Counted from the stretch's first letter, positions 1-10,744 are shown. The stretch: 64,000 nucleotides of DNA from an uncultured Thermoleophilia bacterium (GCA_963715985.1 CAVQSP010000013.1:64001-128000), one strand, 5' to 3'. Notes: generated by a model from the sequence alone, not told the origin. Numbers and translations are program-made.

Positions 1-11
1 CGGCGCCGGCC

Positions 12-878
12 TCAGACCAGCGCGCCGGCCTCGCGCAGCAGTTCGACGAACGCCGGCATGAGGGCCGGGTTCGCGGCCACCACCGCCGGCCCCTGCCCGT
101 GCGCCGCGGCGGCGAGCAGGACCTCGGCGCCGGCCTCGCGGGCGATGAGCACGCCGGCCGCGTGGTCCCACGGCGAGAGGTCCAGCTCCCAGTAGGCATC
201 CACATGCCCCGCGGCGATGTGGCAGAGGTCGAGCGCCGCCGTAGCCGCCGCGGCGGATGTCACGGACGCGGCCCAGCACGGTGGCCACCGTGGCGCCCTG
301 CAACACGCGCTGCTCGGCCGCGTAGGCGAACCCGGTGGCGACCAGTGCCTGACTGAGGTCGGTCTCCTCACGGACCTTCAGCGGCTCGTCCTCGCAGAAC
401 GCGCCGTGCCCGGCCACCGCGCGGTACATGCGGCCCGGCGCTCGAGTCGAGGACGACGCCCACCTTGGCCTCCCCGTCGATCTCGACGGCGATGGAGACG
501 GCGTAGGCAGGGTAGCCGTAGACGTAGTTGATGGTGCCGTCCAGCGGGTCGACCACCCAGCGCACGCCACTGTCGCCGTCGAGCAGGCTGCCCTCCTCGG
601 CCAGCAGGGCGTCGTTCGGGCGCACCTCGCGGAGCCGCTCCACGATCAGGCGCTCGGCCTCCTTGTCGATGTGGCTCACGAGGTCGGTGGGCGTGGACTT
701 GGTCTCGATGCGCAGGGCGCTGTGCAGGCCTTCGCGCGTGCAGGCGCCCCGCCTCCCGCGCGAAGTCGCTCGCCAGAGCGAGCAGTCCGCGGAGGGCGGG
801 GTCGGGCAAGGGGGCCGCCTCGCGGGGACGTGGGGCCTGCGTCGGGCGCGATGGCCCGCTTTCGTCGCGCTGGTTCAC
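12..878 (-). CDS. Inositol monophosphatase family protein (SuhB-like), split by frameshifts
   Basis: Fragments 378..905, 368..679 and 12..371 join into one IMPase: 'LAEEG...WVVDPLDGTINY', 'ALDLCHIAAGHVDAYWE...WDHAAGVLIAREAG'. Start uncertain (878 or 905). Confidence 0.9.
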
Positions 879-1039
879 GGATACTACCTCCGCGGCGCTG
901 CGCATCGCCCGGGCCGGCGACCCCGGGCGGCTGCGCCCTCCGCAGGGTAGCAGCTTCGGCGGTATCGTGGTCCGGTTTCGCCGCTCGGCGCGGTAGCGGC
1001 GCCGGTACGGTCACACGGAGGCGCACACGTCAGAGCGGG

Positions 1040-1818
1040 ATGATCGCCACCGCTTCAGCGTTCTGGTCTCACTGGGCATGGGCGGCCGCGACGGCCGTGC
1101 TCGGCTTCGTCTTCTTCGGCCTCGTGTTCCGCCAGTACCTCCTGCGCCACCGCATGCACCAGCTGGCCTGGTCCATCGGCCTCTTCCTCTACGCCGCTCG
1201 CCGCGGCCATGGAGGCGTACTCGGAGGCGAGCGGCTAGCTGGGAGCCGTTCGTCTACCGCATCTACATCGTCATCGCCGCGTCGCTGGTCGGCTTTCTCG
1301 GCCTGGGGACGCTGTACCTGGTGGCCCGCAAGCGGCGCTGGGGCGACTACTACTTCGTCTTCATCGTCGCCTGCATGGTCGGTGTTCTTCATCGGGACCT
1401 TCACGGTGTAGCTGGACCTGGACAAGCTCGTGCCCGGCATCACGGTCGGCGGTCAGGCGCTCGGCGAGAGCCTCAGCTTTCCGCGGGCGATGTCGCTGCC
1501 CATCAACATCACGGGGACCATCCTGCTGTTCGGCGGCGCCCTGTGGTCCATCATCCGCTTCGTGCGCAAGCGCGAGTTCGGCTACCGCGTGTGGGCCAAC
1601 GTGCTCATCGCCGCCGGCGCCATGGTGCTGGCCGCAGTCGGCTCGCGAGCGCGGCTGGGCACGACGGCTGGGCTGTACCCCGCCGAGATGGTGGGCGCGG
1701 CCCTGATGTTGGCCGGCTTCCTGCTCGCGGGGACGCTGGACAAGGGCACCCAGGCGGCGCGGGCCAGACGGCAGGCCGCCGCCGAGAGCGCGGCGGAGCC
1801 GGCGACGCCGGCGCCTGA
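1040..1818 (+). CDS. Multi-pass membrane protein of unknown function (frameshifts plus an in-frame TAG at 1409-1411)
   Basis: About 7 hydrophobic segments across ORFs 428..1411, 1078..1818 and 1430..1900 (MIATASAFWSHWAW...YRIYIVIAASLVGFLGLGTLYL...ANVLIAAGAMVL). 3' end approximate. Confidence 0.7.
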
Positions 1819-1835
1819 CGCGGGGAGGGACGCCT

Positions 1836-2298
1836 GTGGACGCCTTTCTGTTCGAGCAGCGGGTTCTTGGGCACCAAGGGTACGCTGGGCCCCGACCTGA
1901 CGCTGGTGCTGTCGCTGGTCGCTGCCGTACTGCTGACGGTGGGAGTGGTGCTGGCGCGCCGGCGGCAGCTTCGGAGCCGCACCGCTGGGTGCAGACCGCC
2001 GCCGTGTGCGTCAACGCCGTGCTCGTGGTCGTCTGGATGATCCGCTCCTTCCGCCTGTACGTGCTGCCCGGGTTCCCCGGGAACCTGGACAACGGCACCT
2101 ACGCCCTCACCACCGTCCACGCCGTCGTCGGCCTCATCGGCGTCGTCCTCGGGGTCTTCCTCGTGATCCGCGGCAACCAGCTGATGGCGTCGGGCCGGAG
2201 TCTCGCCCGCTACAAGACCGCGATGCGCGTCGCGTACCTTGTCTACATGGCGGGGACCGTGCTCGGTGTGGTGCTCTACGTCGGTCCTCTTCGGCTGA
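1836..2298 (+). CDS. DUF420-like membrane protein (frameshifted)
   Basis: RBS GGGGAGGGA before GTG 1836; four TM helices with 'HRWVQTAAV' and 'VHAVVGLIG' His motifs typical of DUF420. Confidence 0.6.
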
Positions 2299-2328
2299 GC
2301 GGTCGCCAGCTCAGGGGGTCGAACGCCG

Positions 2329-3609
2329 GTGCGCCCCGTCCGGCGGGCGGTCCTGGCGATGGTTCCGCACCCCCGACCGTCGCCTGCTGCTGCTGAGCAT
2401 CGTGTCTGCAGCTCGCGCTGGCGGCCGCGTTGGGGCACTCCTACGACAGCAGGGTCTTCATGGCCGCGGGTTACCTCGTCGGGCACGGGCAGGACCCGTA
2501 CGTCGCTCGCGACCTCAGCGCCGCCTTCCACCATCCGCTCTTCGACGTGATGACGACGGTCGGGTACCCGCCGCCGTGGCCGCTCGTGCTCGGCCTGCTC
2601 TGGCGGCTGACGGCGCTCGTCACCCCGGCCTTCCTCGTGTACGGGCTGGTCATCAAGCTGCCGGTGATCGCCGCCACCGTGGGCCTCGCGTACCTGGTGG
2701 CGGCCGCGCTCGAGCATGCGGGCGCGCGCCCCGCCGCGGCGCGCGCCGCCTGGATCGCGCTGTTGTTCAATCCCTCTCGTGCTGTTCGCCGGCGCCGCCT
2801 GGGGCCAGATCGACGTCGTGGTCGCGCTGCTGTCCGTCGGCGCGCTCGTGCTCTTGTGCGCCGGCCGCTGGGCCACCTCCGCGGTCCTGCTGTCACTGGC
2901 GGTCTGCACCAAGCCTGTCGGCTGGCCCATCCTGCTCGTGGCGCTCGCCTTCCTGGTCACGCGCTCGCCGCGCCGCGCCGCCGGGTACGCGGTCATCGTG
3001 GCGGCCGCGAGCGCCGTGCTGCTGGTGGCGCCGTTCGTCCTGCTGGGCTGGGACGCGACGCCGATCCTGCGGCACCCCAACGCCCACTTCCTCATGAGCG
3101 GGGCGATGTCGTTCATGACGGTCGTGCGCTTGTTCCGCGACCCGCTGCTGCTGCCGGGTCACTGGTGGCTGCTGAGCCTGCTGTGGATCCCCGCCGTCGG
3201 TGCGGCCGCCGTGCTGCTGCTGCGGCACGGCGTCGTCGACCTCGGCGACCTGGCGGCGAGGAGCGCCGCCCTCGTGCTCGTGTTCCTGCTCACGCGGACC
3301 TGGGTGGCGGAGCCCAACGCCGTCCTCCTCGTCCCACTCGTGCTCATCCCGGTCGCGCTGGGCAGGCTGGACCGGCGCTTCTTCACGGCCGTCTGGGCGG
3401 TGCCGCTCGCCTTCGCCGTGTTCGACCTCGCTCCGTTGCAGCTGCTGTGGGCGGCGTTCCCCGGCGCCATGGGGCGGGCGCTCCGGGTCGCCGGCCGCTA
3501 CCGGGAAGCGACCCTCGTGGTACGTGCCTGTCTGGTGGTCGCATGGCAGGTGCTGGGCTGGTGGCTCGTGCTGGCGTGCGGGCGGCGACCGGGCGCGGCG
3601 GGGTCATGA
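2329..3609 (+). CDS. GT-C fold polytopic membrane glycosyltransferase (GT87-like), frameshifted
   Basis: 'LGHSYDSRVF', 'GYPPPW', 'IKLPVIAA', 'LLFNP...AAWGQIDVV', 'LAVCTKP' across ORFs 2430..3614 and 2716..3609; many TM helices. Start approximate. Confidence 0.65.
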
Positions 3610-3610
3610 G

Positions 3611-4512
3611 ATGAGCCTGGTCGTGACGCTTCACGACGGGCTGTCGCTGGTCCTGCCCGGGGCGGCCGGCGGCACGGATCGTGGCGCGGCGGATCGCGGG
3701 GGCGCCGGGCACACCGCGGCGGAGGGCGAAGGCGCGCCGCGTCACGTACCCGACGGGGCGCCTCCAGAAGGGCTTTCTGCTGTTCGACGGTCCCCGGGAC
3801 CTTGCCGAGGAAGGCGTGGGGTTCGGCGTGCCGGTGCTCAAGTGCGGCGTGCAGGCGGTCTTCGCCGGCGGCGTGCGACGTCGAGGCGCGTGACGAAGGC
3901 CCCGTGTGCACGGTCGCGGGCCGTGTACCGTATGGACCTCGTCGAGCGTCTGGCCGGGGCCGGCGGGGAGACGGTCGCGCCGCGTCCCCTCTACGCGGCG
4001 AAGGACGCGCTGGCCGCGCTGCACCGGCGCGTCCCGGCCGTCCGCGGCTTCCTCACCGCCACCTCCACCGCCCTGCGCCGCCGCTTCGGCTGGGAGACGG
4101 TGTACGTGCCGGTGGGCCTGAAGGCGGAGGTCCCCGTCACCTCCGCCGTCGACCGCCGCGACGGGTCGGTGCGCGTCGAGGTCGACCTCACCGGCCTGCC
4201 GGGGGACGTGACCGAGGTAGCCGTGATGAACGAGCAAGGCGCGCGCGCCTTCGACCGCTTCGAGGACTCCGGCGGCGCCGTGCTGCACGGTGATGCGATC
4301 GGCACGTGGGACGAGGTCACGGCGGCCGGCGCGCGCTTCGTCAGCCCAGCGTACCGGGTCGCCTTCTCCATCGAGCCAGGTCGATGGGGCGGCGCTGCGC
4401 CGCGGCCGCGAGCTGGTCGGCGCCCGCCTCGCCTGGGCCGGGTTCGGGCTCACGGTGCCCGCGAGGCGCGCGCGGCCTGTGCTACGAACTGCGCGTCGGG
4501 AGGACACCGTGA
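3611..4512 (+). CDS. Hypothetical protein coupled to the radical SAM gene (several frameshifts)
   Basis: ATG 3611; coding-like blocks 'YPTGRLQKGFLL...LAEEGVGFGVPVLK', 'VAVMNEQGA...GTWDEV', 'GRELVGARLAWAGFG'; stop overlaps next start (GTGA 4509-4512). Confidence 0.65.
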
Positions 4513-5856
4513 GCTCCGTCCTCCTCATCTACCCGTACTTCCGCCCGCGTGTGGACCGCTCGCAGTTCCGCTTTCCCCCTCTGGGAGTCCTCTACGTGGC
4601 CGCCGCCGCACGCGCCGCGGGTCACGACGTGCGCGTGCTGGACTGCACGTTTCTGCGGCGCGAGGAGGCCGCGCGCCTCGCGCTTGCCGCGCGCGCCGAC
4701 GTCGTCGGCATCTCCTGCCTGTCGACACTCGAGGATGACTGCCTGGGGATGGCCGGACTCCTGCGCGGGCGCTGCCGCCTGCTCGTCGCCGGCGGCCCGC
4801 TGCCCACGTGCGACCCGGGCCGCTTTCTCGACGTCTTCGACGCCGTGGTGCGCGGAGAGGGCGAGCGGACCATGGTCGAGCTGCTGGCCGCGTTCGCGGC
4901 CGGCGACGACCTCGCCGGCGTGCCGGGGCGTGGTGACTCGCGCCGGGACTCCGGCCGAGGAGGCGCCGCCGCGGCCGTTCGAGCAGGACCTGGACGCGCT
5001 CCCCTTCCCGGCTCGCGACCTCCTGCCCAATGCCGCCTACATCGCCGACGGGCGCAGGCGGCAGGGGGCGGCCGTGACCACGGTGATGAGCACGCGCGGC
5101 TGCCCGTATGCCTGCGACTTCTGCAGCAACGTCGTGTTCGGCTCCTCGTACCGCGCGCGCTCGCCCGGCGACGTGGTGGACGAGGTGGAGGAGGCGCTGG
5201 CGCTGGGCTACGACCGCATCTCGTTCGCGGACGACGTCTTCACGCTGGAGCACGGGCGCGTCGCGGCCATCTGCGAGGAGATCGAGCAGCGCGGGCTGCG
5301 CTTCGCCTGGGAGTGTCTGGGCCGTGTGGACGGGTTCGACGCGGAGACTGCGCGGCGCCTGCGCGCCGCCGGCTGCGACCGCGTCTTCTTCGGCATCGAG
5401 TCGGGCGTGGACGCCGTGCTGCGGCTGATGAACAAGCGGACCACGGCGGCGCAGTCGCGGCGCGCGGTGCTGGCGGCCCACGAAGCGGGCCTTCAGGTCG
5501 GGGCCTTCTTCATCCTGTGCTACCCGGGCGAGACGGACGACACGGTGCTGGAGACCCTGCGGTTCATGACCGCGCTGCCGCTCGACTACGTCGGGTTGAC
5601 GGTGCCGTACCCCCTGCCCGGGACCGGGCTGTACGAACGGGTCGGAGGGCGGACCCGCGTGCAGCGCCGGGGCGCGCGCCTCATCACGCGGCACGCCGTC
5701 ACCTACGCGGGTGACTTCTCCCCGCTGAAGATGAGAGCCGCGCTGCTCAAGGGCCGGCTGCAGTTCGAGATGGGGCGGCGGCTCGGGCCCTTCGGCCCCG
5801 CCGCCCTCCGTCTCTTCGAGCCGGCCACGGACGCGCTGTTCCGCCGTCTGCCCTGA
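4509..5856 (+). CDS. B12-binding domain radical SAM protein (frameshift ~4925)
   Basis: N-terminal 'LLIYPY...FPPLGVLYVAA...VAGGPLPT' cobalamin-binding domain; 'RGCPYACDFC' CxxxCxxC; 'FADDVFT', 'FFGIESG', 'YPGET', 'PYPLPGT'. Confidence 0.92.
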
Positions 5857-5943
5857 CCGGGCGTCGGGCACGGCGCCCGTTCCGCTCGGGCCGGCGGCGT
5901 GCCCCGTCCCTCGGCCCGCCCGCCCTCGCGACGCATCCGCGCC

Positions 5944-7296
5944 TCAGGCGTCGCCTCGCGCCTTCCTGCGGCGTGTGAACTCCGCCATCGTCTCGGCCAC
6001 GCGCCGCCGCAGCCACTCCTCGTCGATGTCGGTGGGGAAGACGAAGGTGAGCTCGTTCTCGTGGGTCCAGTCGCGGCCCGGGTCGCGCCCGCCGAGGCGC
6101 AGGTAGAGCGGCGACCCCGGCAGGGGCATGGGGACGTTGAAGGAGATGTCGTCCAGGGGCAGCGAGAGCGCGAGGTCGAAGGTCAGCTCGATGTCGGCCT
6201 CCGTCTCCCCGGGGTATCCGACCATGAAGAAGGCGCCGACCTCGATGCCGGCCTCGTGGTAGGTGCGCGTCGCGTGCACGCCGTCCTCGACCGTGGCCCG
6301 CTTGTTCATGAGGTCGAGCGTCCTCTGGCTGCCGGACTCCAGACCCAGGTGCACACGCCGGCAGCCCGCCTCCTTCATCTGGGCCGCCATCTCGGGCGTG
6401 ACGCGGTCGGCGCGCGACAGGCAGCTCCACGTCATGCCGAGTCCGGTGATGCGACGGCAGAACTCGGCCAGGTGGCCGGCGTCCAGGGTGAACGTGTCGT
6501 CGGCTATCCACAGGCTGTCGTAGCCCAGCGCACGCAGCCCGGCGACCTCCGCCATCACCGTGTCCAGGTCGCGGTGCCGCACCTCGTTGCCGAACACCGG
6601 CTTGGAGCAGAAGTCGCAGGCGTACGGGCAGCCGAGCGTGACCACCAGCGAGGTGGGCTTGCCGCCGGTCTTCTCGGACCACGCGGCCTGGTACGCGGCG
6701 TGGTCGAAGTCGCTGCGATCGGGGATGGGGAAGGTGCGAAGGACGGCCTCAGGATAGTGCACGGTCGGCGTGTCCACGGCGAGGCCGCCGGCCCGCGCGA
6801 AGACGCCGTCGTAGTCGGTGAGGTCGAGCTCGAGGAGCGTGCGCCGCGCGGCGCCGCGCTCCAGGTAGTCGCGGCAGAACGCGGGAAAGCTCAGGTCGGC
6901 CTCCCCGCGGAACACCACGTCGACGTGGCCGGTGAACCGCTCCGGGAACACGGTGGGCAGCGGTCCTCCGGCCACGAGCAGCGCCTGCGGCACCTCGGTG
7001 CGCACCAGCTCCGCGACCCGCAGCGCGGCGCCTGTGAGACTGACCATGGCGGAGATGCCGACCACGTCCGGCGCGTAGGCGACGAGCTCGTCGCGCAGCC
7101 GCTCGAAGCTGCTGAACGTGCAGTCGAAGACGCGCGCCTGGATGCCGTGCGCGTGCAGCTGCGCGGCGAGGGCGGCGAGGCCGAGCGGCGGGAACAGCAG
7201 CTCGGTCTGCTCGTGCGTGCGGACGTACGGGAAGACGAGGGCGACCTTGCCTGCGGGCGGGGCCTGCCGGGCGTCGGGGGCGGCGCCGGCCGCCTG
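5944..7296 (-). CDS. Second B12-binding domain radical SAM protein; no canonical start codon visible
   Basis: Frame of ORF 5944..7065 stays open upstream to 7296 and encodes 'KVALVFPY...LLFPPLGLAALAA...FDCTF'; 'LGCPYACDFC', 'LGLESGS', 'GYPGET'. Confidence 0.88.
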   Translation of the reverse strand, partial: QAAGAAPDARQAPPAGKVALVFPYVRTHEQTELLFPPLGLAALAAQLHAHGIQARVFDCTFSSFERLRDELVAYAPDVVGISAMVSLTGAALRVAELVRTEVPQALLVAGGPLPTVFPERFTGHVDVVFRGEADLSFPAFCRDYLERGAARRTLLELDLTDYDGVFARAGGLAVDTPTVHYPEAVLRTFPIPDRSDFDHAAYQAAWSEKTGGKPTSLVVTLGCPYACDFCSKPVFGNEVRHRDLDTVMAEVAGLRALGYDSLWIADDTFTLDAGHLAEFCRRITGLGMTWSCLSRADRVTPEMAAQMKEAGCRRVHLGLESGSQRTLDLMNKRATVEDGVHATRTYHEAGIEVGAFFMVGYPGETEADIELTFDLALSLPLDDISFNVPMPLPGSPLYLRLGGRDPGRDWTHENELTFVFPTDIDEEWLRRRVAETMAEFTRRRKARGDA

Positions 7297-7980
7297 CTAC
7301 CTCACGCGGAACGAGTCCCACTCCGACCTTGCCGCGGAGTGCCCGTCGCCGGCCGGTACCGAGGCGCGCACGCGGTAGGACCCGTGTTTGGGCGGCCGCC
7401 ACGCCCAGCTGAAGCTGCCGTCCGCGGCGGCCGTGACGCCGGCCGCCGCCGCCGGCCCAGGACGAGCCGGCCCTGCGCTGCACCGTGATGCCGACGCGGT
7501 CGCCGGCGAGGCTGAGCGGCGTCAGGGCGCCGGCGACGTGCACCTGTGCGCCGCGGCGAAGCGTCGCCGGCGTGGCGCTCAGTGTCAGCGCCGGCTTCAC
7601 GAGGCCGGGCACCGAGAAGCCCGCCGTGCTCGTCCCGGTGCCGCCGACGTGGTGACGGCGACGGGGCCGCTGAGGCGCCGACGGGCACGTAGGTGGCGAT
7701 CTCGGTGCCGAGCCCGGCGTGTGGCAGGTCCAGCAGGTGGTCGGCAGGTCGGGCACCCGAAGTCCGTGTGACAGGTGAGGCACTTCTCGCCTTCCACCGG
7801 CCAGTTGGTGTGGTTGTCGGTGTGGCAGACCTCACAGCGGGCGATGCCGCCGTGGAGGTACGACGGGTAGGCCAGCGCCCGCGGCGCCGTGGCACCCAGC
7901 AGGGCGAGTGCCCCGAGTGCCAGGGCTAGCACGATCAGCGTCGGCCCGAGGCGCGCGCCGCGCCGGTGTCGCCAGGTCAC
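7297..7980 (-). CDS. Secreted three-heme c-type cytochrome with C-terminal beta-rich domain (frameshifted)
   Basis: RBS GAAGGGGG, GTG 7980, signal peptide (..LIVLALALGALALLGATAPRALA); CEVCH, CLTCH, CWTCH; C-terminus '...GSYRVRASVPAGDGHSAARSEWDSFRVR' then TAG 7299-7297. Confidence 0.75.
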
Positions 7981-8147
7981 ACGTCCCCCTTCGTCAAGCT
8001 TCTTCGTTCGTACCAGTCTGTCGGCCGCGCTGGTGCGGCGCAACCGTGGGCGGCATCGACGGCGACGCTTCGGCGCTTGTCAAAGGCATCCTCGGGGCAT
8101 TCTGACTCAGCGTCCGGTCGCGTCGGTCGAAAGGCGGTGGGTCCCCC

Positions 8148-8798
8148 ATGATCGAGGTCGTGATCTGGTCCGACATCGTGTGACCGTGGTGCTATGTCGG
8201 CGTGGAGCGCTGGCGAGGAGCACTGCGAGAGCTCGGCGACACGGCGTCCGGAGTGACCTGGAGGTACGCCGCCTTCGAGCTTGACCCCACCGTCCCGCCC
8301 GGAGGCGTGGACGCGAACGAGTACCTGGCGGCCAAGTACGACGCCGCGATGGTCAAGGACATCTCGGCGCGCCTCGCGGCGGTCGCGGCCGCCGAAGGGC
8401 TGCCGATGACCGACCTCTCCGCCGCGCGCCGGCGCCCCAACACGTTCGACGCGCACCGGCTGCTGACGGCTGCCCTGGAGACCAGGGGCCCGGTGACGCA
8501 GCAGGCGCTCGCCGACGAGCTGCTTCGCGCCTGCTGGGCTGACGGTCGCGATACCGGCGACCACGAGGTTCTGGCGGAGCTGGCCGCTGCCGCCGGACTG
8601 GACGAGGCGCCCGCCCGCGAGATCCTCGCGGGAGACGCCTACGCGGCCGAGGTACGCGCCGAGGAGCGGCTCGCCCGCGAGTCGGGCATCACGGCCGTCC
8701 CGACGTTCGTTGTGGACGGCCGCTTAGCCGTCAGCGGTGCCCAGTCACCGGCCGTTCTCGCGGGCGCCGTGCGGCGCGCTCTGGCGCCGGCGACCTGA
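8148..8798 (+). CDS. FrnE/DsbA-family thiol-disulfide oxidoreductase, selenoprotein (U-P-W-C)
   Basis: ATG 8148 reads MIEVVIWSDIV-TGA(8181-8183)-PWCYVG in frame with ORF 8202..8798, matching the FrnE 'WSDxxCPWCYxG' motif; also 'FELDP', 'NTFDAHRL', 'GITAVPTFVVDG...VSGAQ'. Confidence 0.92.
8189..8223 (+). promoter_or_regulatory. Putative bacterial SECIS hairpin of the FrnE-like gene
   Basis: Lower stem GTGCT/AGCAC, upper stem GTCGGCGT/GCGCTGGC (with G-U pairs), GGA loop starting 21 nt after the UGA. Confidence 0.65.
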
Positions 8799-8821
8799 GC
8801 CAGGGCGCGCCGGCGCCCGCC

Positions 8822-10657
8822 TCAGAGCACCGCCCGCTGCGGCAGACGGCGCTGCGTGGCCAGGACCACGCGCAGCGCCTCCTGCAGCTCGGCCTTGGCG
8901 AGCGGTCGCAAGGTGGTGGTGTCGATGGCGTCAGACGGCGGCCGGCCTGCGCGGATGGCGTCCGCGTGGCCCTGCAGGCGCAACCCGGACATGCTGGCGA
9001 AGGCCTCGCGCAGCGACTCTGCCGAGTCGCTGCCGCGGACCTGCGCCTCCAGCACCGCCGTGAGCCGGTCCAGCGTGGTGGTCGGGGTGAAGCCCGCCGC
9101 GAAGGAGAAGTACCTCGCCAGGTTCTGGATGGGCAGCAGCCCGCTCACCTTGACGTCCACAGGCCCGGTGAGGCGCTGGCGAAAGCCGAGCGGCGTACGG
9201 ACCTCGGTACCCAGCTCGGCGAGGCCGCTGAGAAAGCGCCAGTGGCGCGGCGCCTTGCGGATGATGCCGTTGAGCGCGGAGACGATGGAGAGGTCGCCGG
9301 CCACGCGGCGGAAGTCGAAGCTGATGGCGGCCGTCATGAGGCGCTCGTTGTCCGATCCCCTCAGGCAGGTCTCGAAGAGGTCGCGCCAGCGGGACGCTGG
9401 CAGGCGCCATGCCGGCAGGCGTGCCACCACGCCGTGCGGATCGGCGGGAAAGCCGCAGAGCTCCACCCCGGCGTTCACCTCCTCGGCCAGTTGGCGGAAG
9501 TACTCGTCCGCCTCGGGGTCGTCCGTGTCCGCATAGGCGAGCCCGTTGTCCTGGTCCGAGACCAGCGTGAGCTCGCTGCGTCCGGCGCTCCCGAAAGCAA
9601 GCCAGGCGTATCGCGCCGGCGCCGTGCCGAGGCGCATCTCGGCGAGTTGCACGAGGCGCGTCACCATGGCGTCGTTCAGCAGAGTGACGATGCGCATGAC
9701 GTCCGGCGCGGCGAGGTTGGCGTCCACGAGGTCGACGAACAGCTTGGGGATGTCGCGGGCGTTCTCGACCAGCTCCTCCTGCGAGTACGCGGCCAGGAGC
9801 GAGTGGCGGAGGGCGAACGGGCTCAGCGCGTCCAGGGTCATGAGGCTGCTGGAGGAGAGCACGCCAAGCACATCGCCGTGCGCGTCCACGACCGGCAGGT
9901 GGTTCACGCCGGTCTCCAGCATGGCGATGCTGGCCTCGGGGGCGAGTGTGTCGGCGCCCACCGTCTGCACCGGTGTGGTCATGATCGCGCTCACCGGCCC
10001 GTCGAACGATGCTTTGGCCGCGACGACCTTGTCGCGCAGGTCCACGTCGGTGACGATCCCGAGCCCGTCGCGTGTGCGCACCAGGATCGCCGAGAGGTCC
10101 TTGGCGGCCATGACACCGGCGGCTTCGGCCACGGTCGTGTCCGGCTCGCAGAACTCCGGGGCGCCGTGCAGGAGGGAGCGGACGGTGCGCGTGCGCACGT
10201 CGGGCAGGGCGCGGGCGGTGCGCGCCGCCTGGATGAGCCGCGCCCGCAGCGTCTTGGCCACGAACACCACGCCGTCGGTGCGGCTGAGCACGTCCAGCGC
10301 CAGCTCTCCGGGGATGCAGTAGAGCGTGGAGTCCTCGCGGGCCCGCGTGGTGAACTCGGGGCTCTCCCCGGTGAGCAGCGTCGGGTGCCCGAACACCTCG
10401 CCGCGCGAGAGGATGTCGACGGCGACCTCCTTGTGGGAGATCACGAGGGCGCCGTCCTTGACGATGTAGAGCTCCGTCCCGGGGGCGCCGCCCTCCACGA
10501 GCACGGTCGCGCCGGCCGGTACGGCGCGCTGCACCATGGCCGCGGCGACGCGTTCGAGATGCTCATGGTGGAGGTCTCTGAACGGCTCCAGCCGGGCGAG
10601 GAACCTGGCGCCCTCCGACAGGTGCTGCGTGGCGTCGCTGTTCGCCGGGGTCTCCAT
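8822..10657 (-). CDS. cNMP-binding + CBS + DUF294 nucleotidyltransferase-like signal transduction protein
   Basis: 'ELYIVKDG...GEVFG' cNMP domain, CBS pair, 'WLAFGSAGRSELTLVSDQDNGL' DUF294 motif, 'DVKVSGLLPI' C-terminal domain. Confidence 0.92.
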   Translation of the reverse strand: METPANSDATQHLSEGARFLARLEPFRDLHHEHLERVAAAMVQRAVPAGATVLVEGGAPGTELYIVKDGALVISHKEVAVDILSRGEVFGHPTLLTGESPEFTTRAREDSTLYCIPGELALDVLSRTDGVVFVAKTLRARLIQAARTARALPDVRTRTVRSLLHGAPEFCEPDTTVAEAAGVMAAKDLSAILVRTRDGLGIVTDVDLRDKVVAAKASFDGPVSAIMTTPVQTVGADTLAPEASIAMLETGVNHLPVVDAHGDVLGVLSSSSLMTLDALSPFALRHSLLAAYSQEELVENARDIPKLFVDLVDANLAAPDVMRIVTLLNDAMVTRLVQLAEMRLGTAPARYAWLAFGSAGRSELTLVSDQDNGLAYADTDDPEADEYFRQLAEEVNAGVELCGFPADPHGVVARLPAWRLPASRWRDLFETCLRGSDNERLMTAAISFDFRRVAGDLSIVSALNGIIRKAPRHWRFLSGLAELGTEVRTPLGFRQRLTGPVDVKVSGLLPIQNLARYFSFAAGFTPTTTLDRLTAVLEAQVRGSDSAESLREAFASMSGLRLQGHADAIRAGRPPSDAIDTTTLRPLAKAELQEALRVVLATQRRLPQRAVL

Positions 10658-10744
10658 CTTGTCCGAGTATGGCACAGTCTCAACGCGCGGGACCACGCGG
10701 CGGCGGTGGTAGCATCACGGCGGGGAACGAGAGGAGGGGCCGTC

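Noticed and set aside
8053-8080. Additional sigma28-like site ACAA-N16-GTCGATGC upstream of the cytochrome gene
   Set aside because: Mismatches in both boxes; could be chance. Revisit after a PWM scan.
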